DNA of 64,000 nucleotides. It comes from Asterias rubens. Its lineage: Eukaryota. This document shows, piece by piece, positions 10,731 through 25,700 of the stretch. Below the pieces are notes generated by a model. The model searched no databases. It saw only the letters and a list, made by a program, of their open reading frames with translations, and was not told the origin of the DNA. A program made the translations under genes and the position numbers. The stretch lies in assembly GCF_902459465.1 (NCBI RefSeq), contig NC_047082.1:8246001-8310000 (forward strand), written 5' to 3'. Within the stretch, counting starts at the first letter, position 1. Every line of letters starts with the position of its first letter.

Positions 10731-13700
10731 ATGAGCAACCGAAGGAAACTCACGTGTATTGTTTCAGTTGTATGTGTCGTCGTTTTGTCTCAGGTGAAGT
10801 TATTTACGGGTAAGTCGCTTAATTAACTTTTTTTTAATTGTTATTAATTTGTTTGTAGGGAGGGGGTGGGGTAATGATTGAAGAAAGCAAGAGAGTCTAG
10901 GGAAAAACGAAATGTATGCTTGTATGCTTGTCACACTTTTTTAAAATATCATTTGGCATTATTGATGTACTTTTGGTAGAAAATAAACATGTTTATTTAA
11001 AAGATAAAATGGATTGTGTGGTATTAACATTTGCCCTTCCGGTCCTGTGGGAAAAAGTCGGGGGGGGGGCTGTTGCCACGCCCTTATAGGTTAGCTAAAT
11101 AGAGAAATAAAATGAATCCAAATAATTCTAGACGTGGGCAGGTAAATAAGTCACTAAGATGTTGGGAAATGCAAAGAAAATGTTAAGTATAACCATGGTG
11201 TCAGGATTAGATGGACTGTTTTAAGCCTTGACATACAGCTAATGACTTTCATAAAATCAAAATCAAAAGTTGTTTTATCCATTTTAATACTTATCAAATT
11301 AATTTCCTTTGGCATTCAGCTTCACCAGCTTGTGGTTTACCTGCGGTATTTCCACATGCTCAATGTGATCAGCTAGCCATTGGTAGTGAAACCTACTCTA
11401 ACTGCTCATGTATTCCCGGATATGAGCTTACTGGAACTACTGCAGTACCCGTAGGCTTACTGAGATGCAGTAACAACGGGTCATGGGATGGAGTGAGCCC
11501 AGTGTGTATTGGTAAGCAGAAAACCCTAGCTATAAGTAAATAATAAATGCAGTATTACTTGCTTAGTCAATTTATAATCAGAAGCATTTATATAGCGCCA
11601 AAATCCGTCTCAAAAGACGCTCAATGCGCTTTAAAGACACAGGACACTATTGGTAATTGTCAAAGACTAGTCTTCTTACTCGGTGTAATTCAACATATGC
11701 ATAAAATAAAAACCTGTGAAAATTTGAGCCCTTTGGTTGTCGAAGATGCGAGAAAAATAATGAAAGAAGAAACACCCTTGACACACGAAGTTGTGTGCTT
11801 TCAGATGCTTGATTTCGAGACCTCAAAAAATGTATAAACTTGAGGTCTCGAAATCAAATTCGTGGAAAATTATTTCTTTCTTGAAAACTACGTCACTTTA
11901 GATATTTTATACTATCAACCTCTCCCCATTACTCTATACCAAGTAAGGTTTTATGCTAATAATTATTCTGAGTAATTACCAATAGTGACAACTGCCTAAT
12001 CAGCAAGCAGAGGATTCTGGGTGAAATCTGAAATAGTTTACACAATGAACACTTTCATCTCAACTATTATCTAGGTTTTATTCAAGCAATTTAAACATTA
12101 TTTTATTTGAAGGTTCTTTAAGTGCGATCAATAATACAAAGCAAATTAATAAATAACAGATAATGTGTGCAATTTAAAAGTTAATTAAAAATGTGAAAAT
12201 AATGACAAAATATACAATTTTATACAAGCAACCATCTTAAGAATTAAGTTTCAAATTTTAGAGGTAATCCTAAATATTTCTACGAAGTAAAACAAAAATG
12301 AGGCAATATAGGCATGTGATGGTAAGCCTGACGTGAAGGCTGATTTTTTTTATCATAATCAATTTTTATGAATCCTACTTTGAATTAATTATTTTAATTT
12401 TTAGTTCGGGTCCGGAAATAATTGTAGGTGCTTGAAAACAAAATCTATTCAACAGATAGGAATGTTGATGTATTTGATTAATTGTTTTGTTTCAGTTGAA
12501 AAGACCAACGATCTTGTCATGAATTTGACCAGGACATATTTTATAAACAGTTCAACAAATAATGTGCTTCTACCGTTTCTTCTAATTATTAATTCTGTTT
12601 GTGCATAAAATGTACAGCTAAAATACACCGAACAAGCGTCGCTCTCAATCACAATATCTCTTATCTCATCTATGCAGGCCTGGGTCCAATTTCATAGAGG
12701 TGCTATAGGCACAAAAATCTGCTTAGCACGAAATTTGTGCCTTGATAAAAGCAGGATTACCAACCAAATTTCCACGCGATTTTCAGGATAAGCAAACAAC
12801 AGGTGAATATACAAGTAACAAGCAAGATGCAACAAGTGGAAATTTGGTTGGTAATTCTGTTTTTATCATGGGAGAAATTTCGTGCTTAGCAAATTTTTGT
12901 GCTTAGCAGCTCTATGAAGTTGGGCCCTGATGCTTCACGGAAGCAACGAAGGCGATTGCCTTCATGCCCCTTGGTCATTGTTTTGGTGCCCTCAGTGTGA
13001 CCTAATTAAAACGAAGCACACAGGCTTGCATCTATCTAGAACTGAGTCAAAAACACACTGAAAATTGTGTCTCAAAGGATCAAACTGTAGACGTTCCACG
13101 TCATGATGAGAATAATCTGAAAAACCAAATATATTTCAAGTCTAAATGAACTTATTAAATTATTAAATGTCTAGAAATTGACGAATTGTTAGTTAGAATT
13201 GATCACAGTTCCATATGTACGCCTCGAGTCAGGATTGAAACAGTTTCAAGACGTGATGCGTCGCGATGATCGGAACATCTTACGGCTGATAGAAGTGACA
13301 AATCTCCCTGAGGATGAAACAGTTTCAAGACGTGATGCGTCGATATAATCGAATTATATTACGGCTCATAGAAGTAAAAGTTCTCCTTGAGTCAGGATTT
13401 GAACAGTTTCAAGACGTGATGCGTCGCGATAATCTGAACATCTTACGGCTCATAGAAGTAACAGTTCTCCTCGTACTTGATATCAGTGACGTCAGCCTCC
13501 TTGAGACTGGCATGGTTGAGCTGGCAGCTCGTCTTGTTATCAGCTTGCTTCCAGAGATTGAAGGAGCGGCAAAGAGGCTCCGCCCAGCACGCCAGACCAC
13601 ACCCAATGGACTCCTTGACCGGATAGCTCTTGATCTGATGGTTGAGCAGACACTGCTGTGGTACGTGAGAGTAACGACGGCTTTGCTGACGGCACCCGTA

Positions 13701-16700
13701 AGCAAGTGCCGACATTTCACAGGCGACAAAATAATTGTAACGACAATAAATGTCTGCCCATTTGCCTTCTGCACTGCCTACCATTCTGACGCAGTCCTCG
13801 TTGGGCTGATTACTGTTAGTGTCCCAATTTCCAAAACTCGAAGTTCCCTCATTATCCGAGCATAAGAAATTCTCGTTATCATGTCTGTAGCAGTTGATCC
13901 ACAACTGTAGCTCATCTGAACTGGTGGCGCCTAATTCTCTCATCCATGCACTCATTTCTTCCCATACAAAGATCTGCTCTTCGATCGAGTTTGGAAAAAC
14001 AAGACTAACTCCGGGCAAGTCACAAGCCTTCTTAGCAATGGTCCCATTCATCTTCTGAGGCAGTAAGATGTAGCAGGAGTCGTGCCAAGTCAACCAGCCG
14101 GGAGGACACGCTGCTTGGAGTGCCCGTAAGATGCTGACCATCAGAATCAGAACAAAGATCACCTCACTAAATGGTGTCATTTTGATTTCAATATGTTATT
14201 GTTTTCGTAGTGAAAGTTACTCGTGTTCTGGAGTACACTGAGTAATAATTTCAGAATGCACGGCTCGTAGATTAGTCACTTTTCTTGTTTCTACACAAGA
14301 ACAAAACTGCTTCGCATGGTCTTTGGTAAAAGCATCAGTACCTACATCAGAACACGCTTTCTAAATATACACTAACCACAGCTGATTCTGATTTTGAAAA
14401 TTGACAATTCAGGAACGCAATATCTTTCTATGGCAGAAATCTTGTAATGTCAACCATCCATGAGGACACACAGCTTCAGGAGAAGCCAAGACGGACACAA
14501 TGAAATCAAAAAGAAATTCTTCAACGAAGTCAATACTGCAGTCTTGACCACCACTCTGTGCCGATTCAGTGACGACTGTGACTCAACAAGTGAAATGTGT
14601 GGGCTTTTTAACCCAAGAATAAACGCTGTTGTTGCCTATGGAAACGATTAGTTTTTGCCCTGAAGTGTGCAATTAACCACAAAATTTATTATATTTAAAA
14701 TACCAGCATGGTTCCTAATTAACCCAGTTTGCGTGGTAAACCCATTGTTTAGAGGCAAATAATCAAATAGGCCTACTTCAAGGGCCGATTTAACAACTTA
14801 TGAATAAGGCTTGCGTTATTGATCCACTGCTGTTGACTAGAAACGAAGTATTTTTACCTGAAAGTGTGCATTTTACCGTGAGATTGATCTAATTTTCACC
14901 ACCGGAGTCCCTGTGCTGAAATCCCGTACAATTTAGAAACCTTTGCCGAAGAAACAAGGCTAATTTCCTGCATTGTAAGTGAAGCGCAAAAGTCCTTTGT
15001 GGTAGGGAAATAATGGACTTTTAATTTGTGGGTCAATTTAGGAAACTCGGTTTACGTCATGCCATTTCCAATAGCGCAGTTTCTGTTTCGCAACTCCTTG
15101 CCAATACTATACAAGCCGCTGAGTCTCTTCCAGCCACAACGAGTGACGCAGTAACAGAACCAGAAAATCACAGGGCTTTATAAAACAACAATATCTCATC
15201 CCTTTCTCTTGGGGGCAGGCCAATTTGTTATTGACATGAATTGCAACGAGAGTACAAAGCTACGTCTTGAAGCAATATCCAATAGCTTTGAAACTTGAAG
15301 AGTTTTCATCTTGTGAAAAACTGCTCTCTTGACTAATTAGTTGAAGGTGCAAAGATGATAAAGTGTGGTAAATAAGGAATAAAGCAGACATTCTTTCCAT
15401 AAACGTATTTTTTGCAAGCGCAGGTATGTCATTTTAGGTCAGTGTAAAACTAAGAAGTGGCTATAGTGTTCATCTACTAATTCAGTCAACGACTTACGTC
15501 TGTTCTGGTATTTGCTATATGCTAAAGAATAACCAAATGGCACATCTTTAATTTCTTTCTTTTCACAAATATTTCCAGTGATTTTTCTAAAAACATTTCC
15601 TCTAAAACATTCTGTAAAAACTTTAAACAGTGCTCTTAAAGTGCTTCGTGATATCGGCCATTGCTGTTTTTGGTAGTGATGTAGAAAACAGTTGGAATAA
15701 AGTACAGAAGTGGACCCACTATAGATTTGTATTTTTCTATACATTTTGGTTCCTTTTAAAATGTAAACTATTCATTAATCATAAAATTGGGGTTTTAAGG
15801 TTAATGACTGATCGAGCTTACAAGAAAGAAAAGTATTCAACCAGTAAAATGTTTCCTAACGTAGAAACACATGCATGGCTCTATCAGCTCTTTACAAACA
15901 AAACTATTCCAAGTACTATAATGTAGTCCTATATAAAAAATGTCAAACCAAGAAACTGTCAAACTTATCAAGTGGAACTTGTGCTCAGTTTGCATCGATC
16001 GCGATTTTATGCAGGCCCTATGTCTTGGGTCACGATTGAAACAGTTCCAAGACGTAATACGTCGAGACGATCGAATAATCTTACGGCTCAAAAAAATAAC
16101 AGTTCTCCTTGAGTCATGATTGAAACAGTTTCAAGACGTGATGCGTCGCGATGATCTGAACATCTTATGGCTCATGGTTGAAGTAAACCGCTTTTGAAAT
16201 TTCTGAATCTATCTGTACAAGCTTCCTGTAAACTCTTCAGTTTAGTCTGCAGCAACGTAACTTTAGCATATGAGATCTTTTGTAAACATGGAAGTGTTGC
16301 TTGGAGATGGACGATCAAAATAATTATACATAATTAAAATTGCCGCTCTGTATCGATTTTGATTATTATTTCCTCTTCAAAATCAAGGTTGATCAATAGA
16401 AACTGACAATGGCTCTCGTCTCTTGGCGTTGGGTATTAAATTATCATTCTAGAGATTTGTTCAACCTTTTTTTTTATAGATTTTTTGAAATGAGTCTAAG
16501 CGTATCTGTTGATAGTTATGAAATGTAACGAGAAGGATAAAAGTTACCAAAGGAACCTTGGCCACTGCAAAAATGCTTGTTCCTTCCAACGCGTTGCATT
16601 TTGTAACGTTTCGCAACCTTGCTAAAATTCAGCAAGGAACCCTTACTAAATTGCTCTTGTGTAATAAGGGCTTCATACAACTTAAATTTACACTCAGGCT

Positions 16701-19700
16701 AAAATGTGGCGTCGAGGAAATCACTTAAAAACAAAAATATGGTGAGAATTTAGAATGTAATCACATCTTCTAAAAGACAACAAAGGTATAGTATGCAATT
16801 TTATACAAGCAACTATTTATAAATAACTTTCAAATTTTTGAGAACACTTCTTCCATAACAAAACAAAAACGAGGCAAATGTATAAAATCTGTGTTTTTTG
16901 GTTGATGATAATGTGTAGGTGGAGTTCGAAATCTAACTAATTTTGCTATTTTTAATAATAAATCCTATGCAATGATGATCTGAACATCTTACGGCTCGTA
17001 GAAGTAACAGTTCTCCCTGCGTCAGGATAGAAACTGTTTCAAGACGTGATGCGTCGCGATGATCTGAACTTCTTACGGCACATAGAAGTAACAGTTCTCC
17101 TCGTACTTGATATCAGTGACGTCAGACTCCTTGAGACTGGCATGGTTGAGCTGGCAGCTCGTCTTGTTATCAGCTTGCTTCCAGAGATTAAAGGAGCGGC
17201 AGAGAGGCTCCGCCCAGCACGCCTGACCACAACCAATGGACTCATTGACCGGGTAGCTCTTGATCTGATGGTTGAGCAGACACTGCTGTGGTACATGAAT
17301 GTAACGGCGGCTTGGCTGACGGCACCCGTACGCAAGAGCCGACATTTCACAAGCGACAAAATAATTGTTAGAACATACTTGGTCTGCCCATCTGCCTGCT
17401 GCACTGCCTACCATTCTTGCGCAGAGTTCCCTAGGACCATTACTTCTAAAGACCCAGTTACTGAAACTCGAAGTTCCCTCATAATCCGAGCATACGAAAT
17501 GCTGCTCGTGATCTTGTCTGTAGCAGTTGATCCACAGCTGCAGCTCATCCGAACTGGCGCCTAATTCTTTCATCCATGTGCTCATTACTTCCCATACAAA
17601 GTTTTGTTCTTGCATCGAGTTTGGGAAAACAAGACTTACTCCGGGCCGGTCACAAGCCTTCTTAGCATTGGTCCCATTCATCTTCTGAGGCAGTAAGATG
17701 TAGCAAGAGTCTTGCCAAGTCAACCAGCCGGGAGGACAGACTGCTTGGAGAACCCGTAAGATGCAAACCATCAAAATAATCATCTCGTATACGCCAAGTG
17801 TCGCCATCTTAATATTAATTGGAACCACAATTAATCGTTGACAGTGAAAATATCTTGGGTATGGTAGTATTTACGAGTTTGAAATATTCAGAGATTTCGG
17901 TTACATCAAGTCTTGCTTCTACAAGGATCAGAAAGCTTTTTGTGATTTCTGATTAAAAGAGCTCAGCATAAAGTCGTCTGTTCAGTCCAGCTGTAAGACA
18001 ACTTGTGGCGAACTAGATGTTTGGTAAACACCGAATCCTTCCTTCATAAAGCAAAGACGGGAAATCGTTTATTTCAAGTATTTTCCGTTCATTGATTTTC
18101 TCGACCCCGCCACTTTAATTATTTTCAAATTAGGACCGACTATTCCGAAAGTCGAGGTTAATAAACAAACAACACGGCCGTGAATATTTTTTTTTGATTC
18201 ATTTTTTTCACATGACGTCACTATTTTTGTTGCTGTGATTTAAAAATATTTTGGTCAAAGAATAATTTCAATATAAACCACAAGGGGAACCTTTTGCGTT
18301 GTTCTACCCCAAAATCATTAACTTATTACCCAGTCAGTTTCCCTTGTGGTTTATATTGATATCTGAAACAAAAAGTCAAATGGTAGTCCCCTGGTTGATG
18401 TTACCCAGGTTGTTTGGTAGTTAAGGTGCGGTCCTTGGCAGTTAACAGTAATACTGGGGTTCTGACTGGCACCCAAACAAAGATATTGACAAAATAGGCA
18501 GACCGCCAACAGGGATAAATAGCTTGAGTTGGTATAGTGCCGGCACGCCCGGAGGTCGTTGGTTCGAGTAAACTTTTTTTTTGTTCAACCCCAGAATCTG
18601 AAAATAAGTTTTCAAACTTGAGACGGTACAAAAATCAATTTTTTGTATTTTTGTTTTTTTGTTTTTTGGGGGGGGCTTTTGGTTTAATTTTGTAATGCCT
18701 ACTGCATGCCCTTTAAACACAGAGGGTGGGGGTTGGGGATGGGGTTGAAAATAGATAAACGTGTTTTTTAAAATGTTATGATCATCCTTTCATTCAGAGA
18801 TTCGTTGCCCAGATCCTCCAGTGCCTCCCCACAGTGTTCTTAGCACGCCCTCTAGCGTTGTCTATACGGCAGGCAGTGTGGTGACGTTTGCATGCAATGC
18901 TGGCTATGGAGTTGAAGGAGATACCACACGTACCTGTAATGCCAATGGATCATGGAGTGAGCTTAGCCTCTACTGTAGACGTAAGAACAATCGTTTCATG
19001 AACTCTCAAAACAACAGTATACGTGTTTTGTGTAAAGGATGTTTTAATCTATTGAAACTGTTCACCGTATTGACAAAAATGGGTTTTGATTGTCTGGGAA
19101 CTCACTTCTGTGGATACCAGTAGTATATTGGCTGTAGAGGGTTTCAAGTCCATGTCTAGACTTGATTCAAGTCCTTATCCCGCGGCACGGCACTGGTTAG
19201 GAGAGTTTGTTGACGTTGGGTATTCAATGGGACTGAAAATAAAAGGATTCTCACGGAATTTGGACTTGAGTCAAGTGTAATTACTGTCAGTCTTGGGATC
19301 ATTCGGGATCTTAGGCTTGTTTTTTAATTCTTCCTCCTGTGTTTTTTCCAGTGACATAAAGGTTGTTTATGTCTGTGTTTTTTTCTCCTTAAGGGTACTG
19401 TTTTTGCGAAGTTCTGTATTTGCTTTTGGTTTACTACTGTGTAGTTCTTCAAGCCCTTTGTGTGCAATTTCAATTTTTGATAATATTTCCATCATTGGCA
19501 GAGATCTGGTTGTACACACATTTAAACTAAATCTTATACTTCTATACATAAAACAATCGAACGGTTTCGAAAAAAAAAATTCTTTAAGATGGCGTCAATG
19601 TTATATTACTCAGCCCCATGTCCCACCGACAGTCTCCAATACCAGACGAGTTGCTTCTTCATCAAAGAAGACGAGTTGCTGGGATGGGACTTCGCTAGGC

Positions 19701-22700
19701 TAAAGTGTGAGGAGACGTCCGGACATTCACTGGTCAAAATAGACAGCGTGGGTTTGCAATCATTCCTCGAGACAGAATTACTGAAGAGGACGAGCAGTAG
19801 TAATTTCTGGATTGGTGGCAAAGAGGCAAGACCATGGGTCTGGGAGAACAGTAAGTTTGAGCTCTGCTATGTGGGCCGCTGTCAACACATGCTAACGTTT
19901 CCATTTTATATTATATTTTGTACTACTATATTTTATACTATCCATTTAACCACACCGTTCACACTGGGCCAAACTTCATAAAGCCTGTGAGCACAACAAA
20001 ACTTGCTAAGCACAGGATAATAATAATTGAGTGCTTCTGAAATTATCATAATAGCTGTTTATATACGTGTAGTCTGTGGTGTGCCAGGAAGTGACCTCCC
20101 ACTATTATTTCTTTCTCTCATTTCAGGCAAACAGTTCCCAAACTTCTTACCCTGGGCTCCTGGTGAACCTAACAACCTGGGAACTGAACAATGCATCCAT
20201 CTCAGCTCATTCACCGACGCAAACGGCAACTCTCATGGCTACCAATGGAATGACGTCGACTGCGCATCTAGTATGAATTCTATATGCCAATTTAGTGAGT
20301 TTTATAATTCAATTCAATTTCAATTCAAACTCACATTTGTTTCCATACGTCATGAAAATAGTACAAAGCCAAAACACTAATTTCTGAAGGAGTAACCAAT
20401 AGGCAGGGTTATTTCACAAGGCAGTGATTAATACAAAAGTAATACAATACCTATATATAGGCCGAGCCTATAAAACAAAATACAAAATTAGCGTCCGGAA
20501 TTCCTAAAAAACAAACACAAAAATTGTGTGTGTGTGTGGGGGGGGGGGGGGGGGGACATTTATCTTTATAATGTTTAATACTAACTGTATATCATTAAAG
20601 GAACACGTTGCCTTGGATCGGACGAGTTGGTCTATAAAATGCGTTTGAAACCGTTTGTTATGAAATGTAAATGGCTAGAAAGATGTTTTGACTCCCATAA
20701 ATGGCCGACCGTGTTATTGGACGAGGTAAAAAGAAAAACACGCAATTTCGAGGCATATTTGTGTAGATCATTGTATTCTACTTTTACATCATCTTTCTAA
20801 CCATATGCATTTTATAACAAACGGTCACAAACTGCTTTTCAAAGACCAACTCGACCAATCCAAGGCAACGTGTTCCTTTCATTAACTTGCTTTCTTACCT
20901 TCCTATAATTTCAACAGGCTCTATGTGCGAAATCGCATCTCTAGACAACTACAGCCAGTATGACTACCGTGGTTTCTGCCTCGTTTTCATCGACCATTCA
21001 AGAACTTGGTCGAGCGCCCTGAGTCTGTGCACACATCACGGCGGATGGTTGATGGAAATCCAGGACCAGAGCACCCAAGATTTTCTCGTAGACACGTTGA
21101 ACAGTGACTTTGCAAAGGCACAATGGTGGATCGGGGCTAAGGTTGATGAGACGGTCACTGAACGAGCATGGCGATGGGTTGATGGTAAGATTTATATTTT
21201 TATTTTAATTTACAATTTTTTCTTCTTTTTAAAGGCACTAGACACCTTTGGTTATTGTCAAAGACCATTGTTCTCAATGGGTGTATTCCTACATATGCAT
21301 AAAATAACCAGCTTCCAGTCATCAACCGAAATTAATTCAAGTAAAGTGCGCCCTCTGTCGGGTTATCACGCTACGTATGTTACGTTACATTACGTTATGT
21401 TACGTTACGCTACGTCACGAATATGGGATAGTAAATTCTCAGACCAAGACTAGGATATGACAAGCTTCAATTTCTTTCCTGATCTAAGTTTGTATATATC
21501 TATCTAAGTACCTTTTTGTTTTCTCATAACGATGTTTTTCCCCCCTCATAATTGTCTTAGACGACTTAGTTACCGTGCCAGGATGGTTCCCGGGTGAACC
21601 CAATTCGGAACAAGAAACCTGTATGGAATCACCCTATATTACCAGCTATAAGTGGAACAACCAGGAATGCGTCCAGGAAAACCACTTCATTTGTCGCTAT
21701 GGTGAGAGCTTCTTTTTCATTGTTGACTCCTTTTGGGCTCCTTTGGCCCGAATCCTAATGGTGTGCTTTACAGAACCCCGAGATTCTCTTTAAGGCAGTG
21801 GACACTATTTGTAATTAGTCAAAATAACTATTAGCATAAAACCTTACTTAGTAACGAGTAATGGGGAGAGGTTGATAGTATAAAACATTGTGAGAAACGG
21901 CTCCCCCTGAAGTGACGTAGTTTTCGAGAAAGAAGTAATTTTCCACGAATCTGAAAGCACACAACTTCGTGTGACAAGGGTGTTTTTTCTTTTATGGTTA
22001 TCTCGCAACTTCGACGACCATTTGAGCTAAAATTCTCACAGGTTTGTTATTTTATGCATTTGTTGAGATACACTAAGTGAGAAGACTGGTCTTTGACAAT
22101 TACCAATAGTGTCCATTGTCTTTAACACAATGCAGAAACCCCGAAGTTGTACGAAATTCCTCCATAACGAATTGTGTCTCGTGATGAGAAGGGGTACGAA
22201 GTGTTCAAGGTACGCAGTGTCCAAAGTCACTTCGTACCTTGCAAAAGGTATGAATCAGGAAAAACATACACCAGCACAAACTTCCCATAACCTTGACCTA
22301 TCATTCTGTCCACAGATATCCCTCACACTGCGTGTGGTGACCCAGGTCAACCATTACACGGACAGAGGACGGCAGATAATGGCACTTTCAACGTAGATGG
22401 CGTGGTTGTGTTCGGGTGTGACGACGGGTACGAACTAGAAGGGTCTGCGACTAGGACGTGTCTGTTGAGTGGACAATGGAGTGGGGAGAAAACCACCTGC
22501 AGAGGTATAGTTTTAATGAAAGTTGTGATCAATGTATTGTCGGTGTTGTGTTGTTGCTATTGTTGTTGTTGTTGTTCTTGTTTTTGCTGCTTCTTTTGGT
22601 GATGATGTTTTTGTTGTTGTTGTTGCTATTGTTGATGTTGCTGTAGTCGTTGTTGTCGTTATCGTCGTCGTCGTTGTCGTGGGAGTTTCCTTGACGGGAA

Positions 22701-25700
22701 GATCATCTAAACAAACAGTGTTAATTTTTCTAGTTTATAATTGTCTGAATTTATTCTCAGTCATTTCTTGCAGTCAACCGTCACCCATACCGAATGCTGA
22801 CGTCACAGTTGTCTCCAGCGAGTACAGGGGAGTAGCCATCTTGTCATGCGCAGAAGGGTACCAACCAGAGGGCGATGAACTCATTGTATGTTTACACAGC
22901 GCCTTGTGGAGTCCGACCAACTTCTCGTGCACTGGTAACTTTTAAATTTTTCGTTTTGCATTTTAAAGTCACAGTTAATGATAAGGTACAACCTAACGCC
23001 AGAGTAGTTCACACTAAAGATTCACTGGTCAGTCATGACTCCTTTCCGGGTGCCAGGCTGACCACCGGGAAATTGGTTGGAAAATGTGAGCTTGACTTGG
23101 GTTCTGCATCAGTTCGACCCATTCATGGGTCTTTTTGACACTAATTCCGGGTCATCTGACCCAGAAAAGTGCCAGGCCCAACGTGAACCGGACCCGAGTC
23201 AATTAGTCTGCTCTACATTTAGTGTACGGGGTTCTTTAGAAAGATACTTAAAATTGCCATCCATCAAATTGATAAAATCACACTAGTTTTTAATGTAAAA
23301 ATACCCAAGACAAGATCAAACTGTATGGTGAATTATTCATTTACTTATAATTAAATAATTATTTGTTCTTCCTGTATTCAGAAATTCTGATTACGACAAA
23401 CAAAGCCATTACAGCTATGCTATCACCTGACATCATTACTATTAACGAGCCTTCAGTAACTACGGATTTAACAAATGCACCAACTCTCTTTACAACTGCG
23501 CCCTGGAAGACAAGCAGCGGTGTTGATGAGACTACACTCAACACATTGACAACATCTACAGTTGTCTCGACGACCGGTGACGAAGCTTCAACTGAACTCC
23601 AGACCACACACATTCATTCAAGGGAGTCCCCAACTACAGTGTCAACATCGTCTGATTCAACTACTTTTGGAGTTGAATCAACTACATCCACTACATCGGA
23701 TGATGTTATTAGTGGAACTAGCCAATTACAAACTTCAGATTATGTTTCGTCGTCCTCTGACACTGTGTCAACATCGTCACACTACGACCAAACGGAGTCA
23801 ACTACTTTTGGAGTTGAATCAACTACATCCACTACATCGGATGATGTTATTAGTGGAACTAGCCACCTACAAACTTCAGATTATGTTTCGTCGTCCTCTG
23901 ACACCGTGTCAACATCGTCACACTACGACCAAACGGATTCAACTACTTTTGGAGTTGAATCAACTACATCAACAACATCGGATGATGTTATTAGTGGAAC
24001 GAGCCACCTACAAACTTCAGATTATGTTTCGTCGTCCTCTGACACCGTGTCAACGTCGTCACACTACGACCAAACGGAGTCAACTACTTTTGGAGTTGAC
24101 TCAACTACATCCATTACATCGGTGGTTGTTAGTGGAACTAGCCAACAACAAACCTCAGATTATGTTTCGTCAGTTTCAGATATAGTGTCAACATCGTCAC
24201 ACTACGACCAAACGGATTCGACTACTTTTGGAGTTGAACCAACTACATCAACAACATCGGATGATGTTCATAGTGGAGCTACCGAACTACAAACTTCAGA
24301 CTATGTTTCTTCGGCTTCAACTATACTATCAACATCGTTACACTACGACCAAACCGATTCAGCTACTTTTGGAGTTGACTCTACTACATCAACTACATCG
24401 GTGGTTGTTAGCGGAACTAGCCAACAGCAAACATCAGATTTGGTTTCGTCGGCTTCAGATAGTGTATCAACATCGTTACACTACGACCAGAAATCTACTA
24501 CTTTTGAAGTTGACTCAACTGCACCAGATGATGTTATTAGTGGAACTAGCCTAACACTAACTTCAGATTATGTTTCATTGGCGTCAGAAGGTGCGACGTC
24601 CAGCCTAGTTTCAAATGCACCGAGTATTTTTGACAAAATGAGTGAGTATAAAATAGATAGGTCTTCGATAGGCTTAGTCAAGTTAAACCATTACTACATT
24701 TAAAAGGTGTACTGTATTAGTGTGCGACATGCACAAGTCTACTCTAGTTGTGACGTCAGGTAGTCCACCCTCTGGGCGCCGCCATGCTTTTTGTTCAAGT
24801 TTACATGACAGTGACACGCAAGGTAGCTCAGCTCACAGGAGTCTTAAATTACAAATACTATCATAATGAGTAGTATAGTTACAGATATAGGAGTAATTAC
24901 TTTATACAATAGGATATCTTTTAAACTTCAATGCACACACAAATGCAGAAACAATTTCTATTTCTTCGAAGTTCAAACTTTAACATTGATATTTATTTGT
25001 TATTTTTTATCTGAGGCAAATAACGAACATTGTTTATTCTTTTATTTTTTTCCAGCCGTTGTTGCATCTTTGAGTTTGATGACGTTCTTTGTAGTGGTGC
25101 TGTGCGTTCTCCTATTGATGCTCTTCTGCCACAGTAAAAGGTTAAAATATATCAACCTCTTTCTCTCCTTTGTTCATTTAGCTCATGGGCCATTTTACCG
25201 TGTGGCAAAGTTTCGTTTGAACCTTTTTATTCAAACTTGAATCACAAAAACGAAATTTGTAAAATTCATTGACTTGTATCATTTATTCCCATTATGAGAA
25301 AAGGCAATGTATAAAACAGACACTATTTAATATTTCTCCATAATAGTATTAGAGTTCATTGCACAAAAACAAAATGACGTTCATTTTTTGAAGAAAAAAG
25401 TAAGCAATTTGAATATAAAAATCGGTAACAAATTATAAAATTTATAAATATTTTTTATTTATTTTTATTTGTATAGTTCAGTTAACAAGATCTACCCAAC
25501 GCAGGATACTGAAATGATGGATATAATATCACGTGCGCTCTCAGAAAACAATGCACTATCTGAAGAAGTTGTACCTAAGGAGTTTGTAGGAACGAAAGGT
25601 GGTTACCAGCAGCGGGCATCAGCAGCCACCCTACCGGAAAACGGAGCCACGTCACCGGAGAGGCGACTCGAATCTCCCGGTAGAAACGGAAAGCAGAATA

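Noticed and set aside
13314-13865. Long plus-strand ORFs over the lectin genes (also 17046-17564)
   Set aside because: They are antisense shadows of the minus-strand CTL-PAN ORFs, with no recognisable domain and non-ATG or repeat-derived starts.
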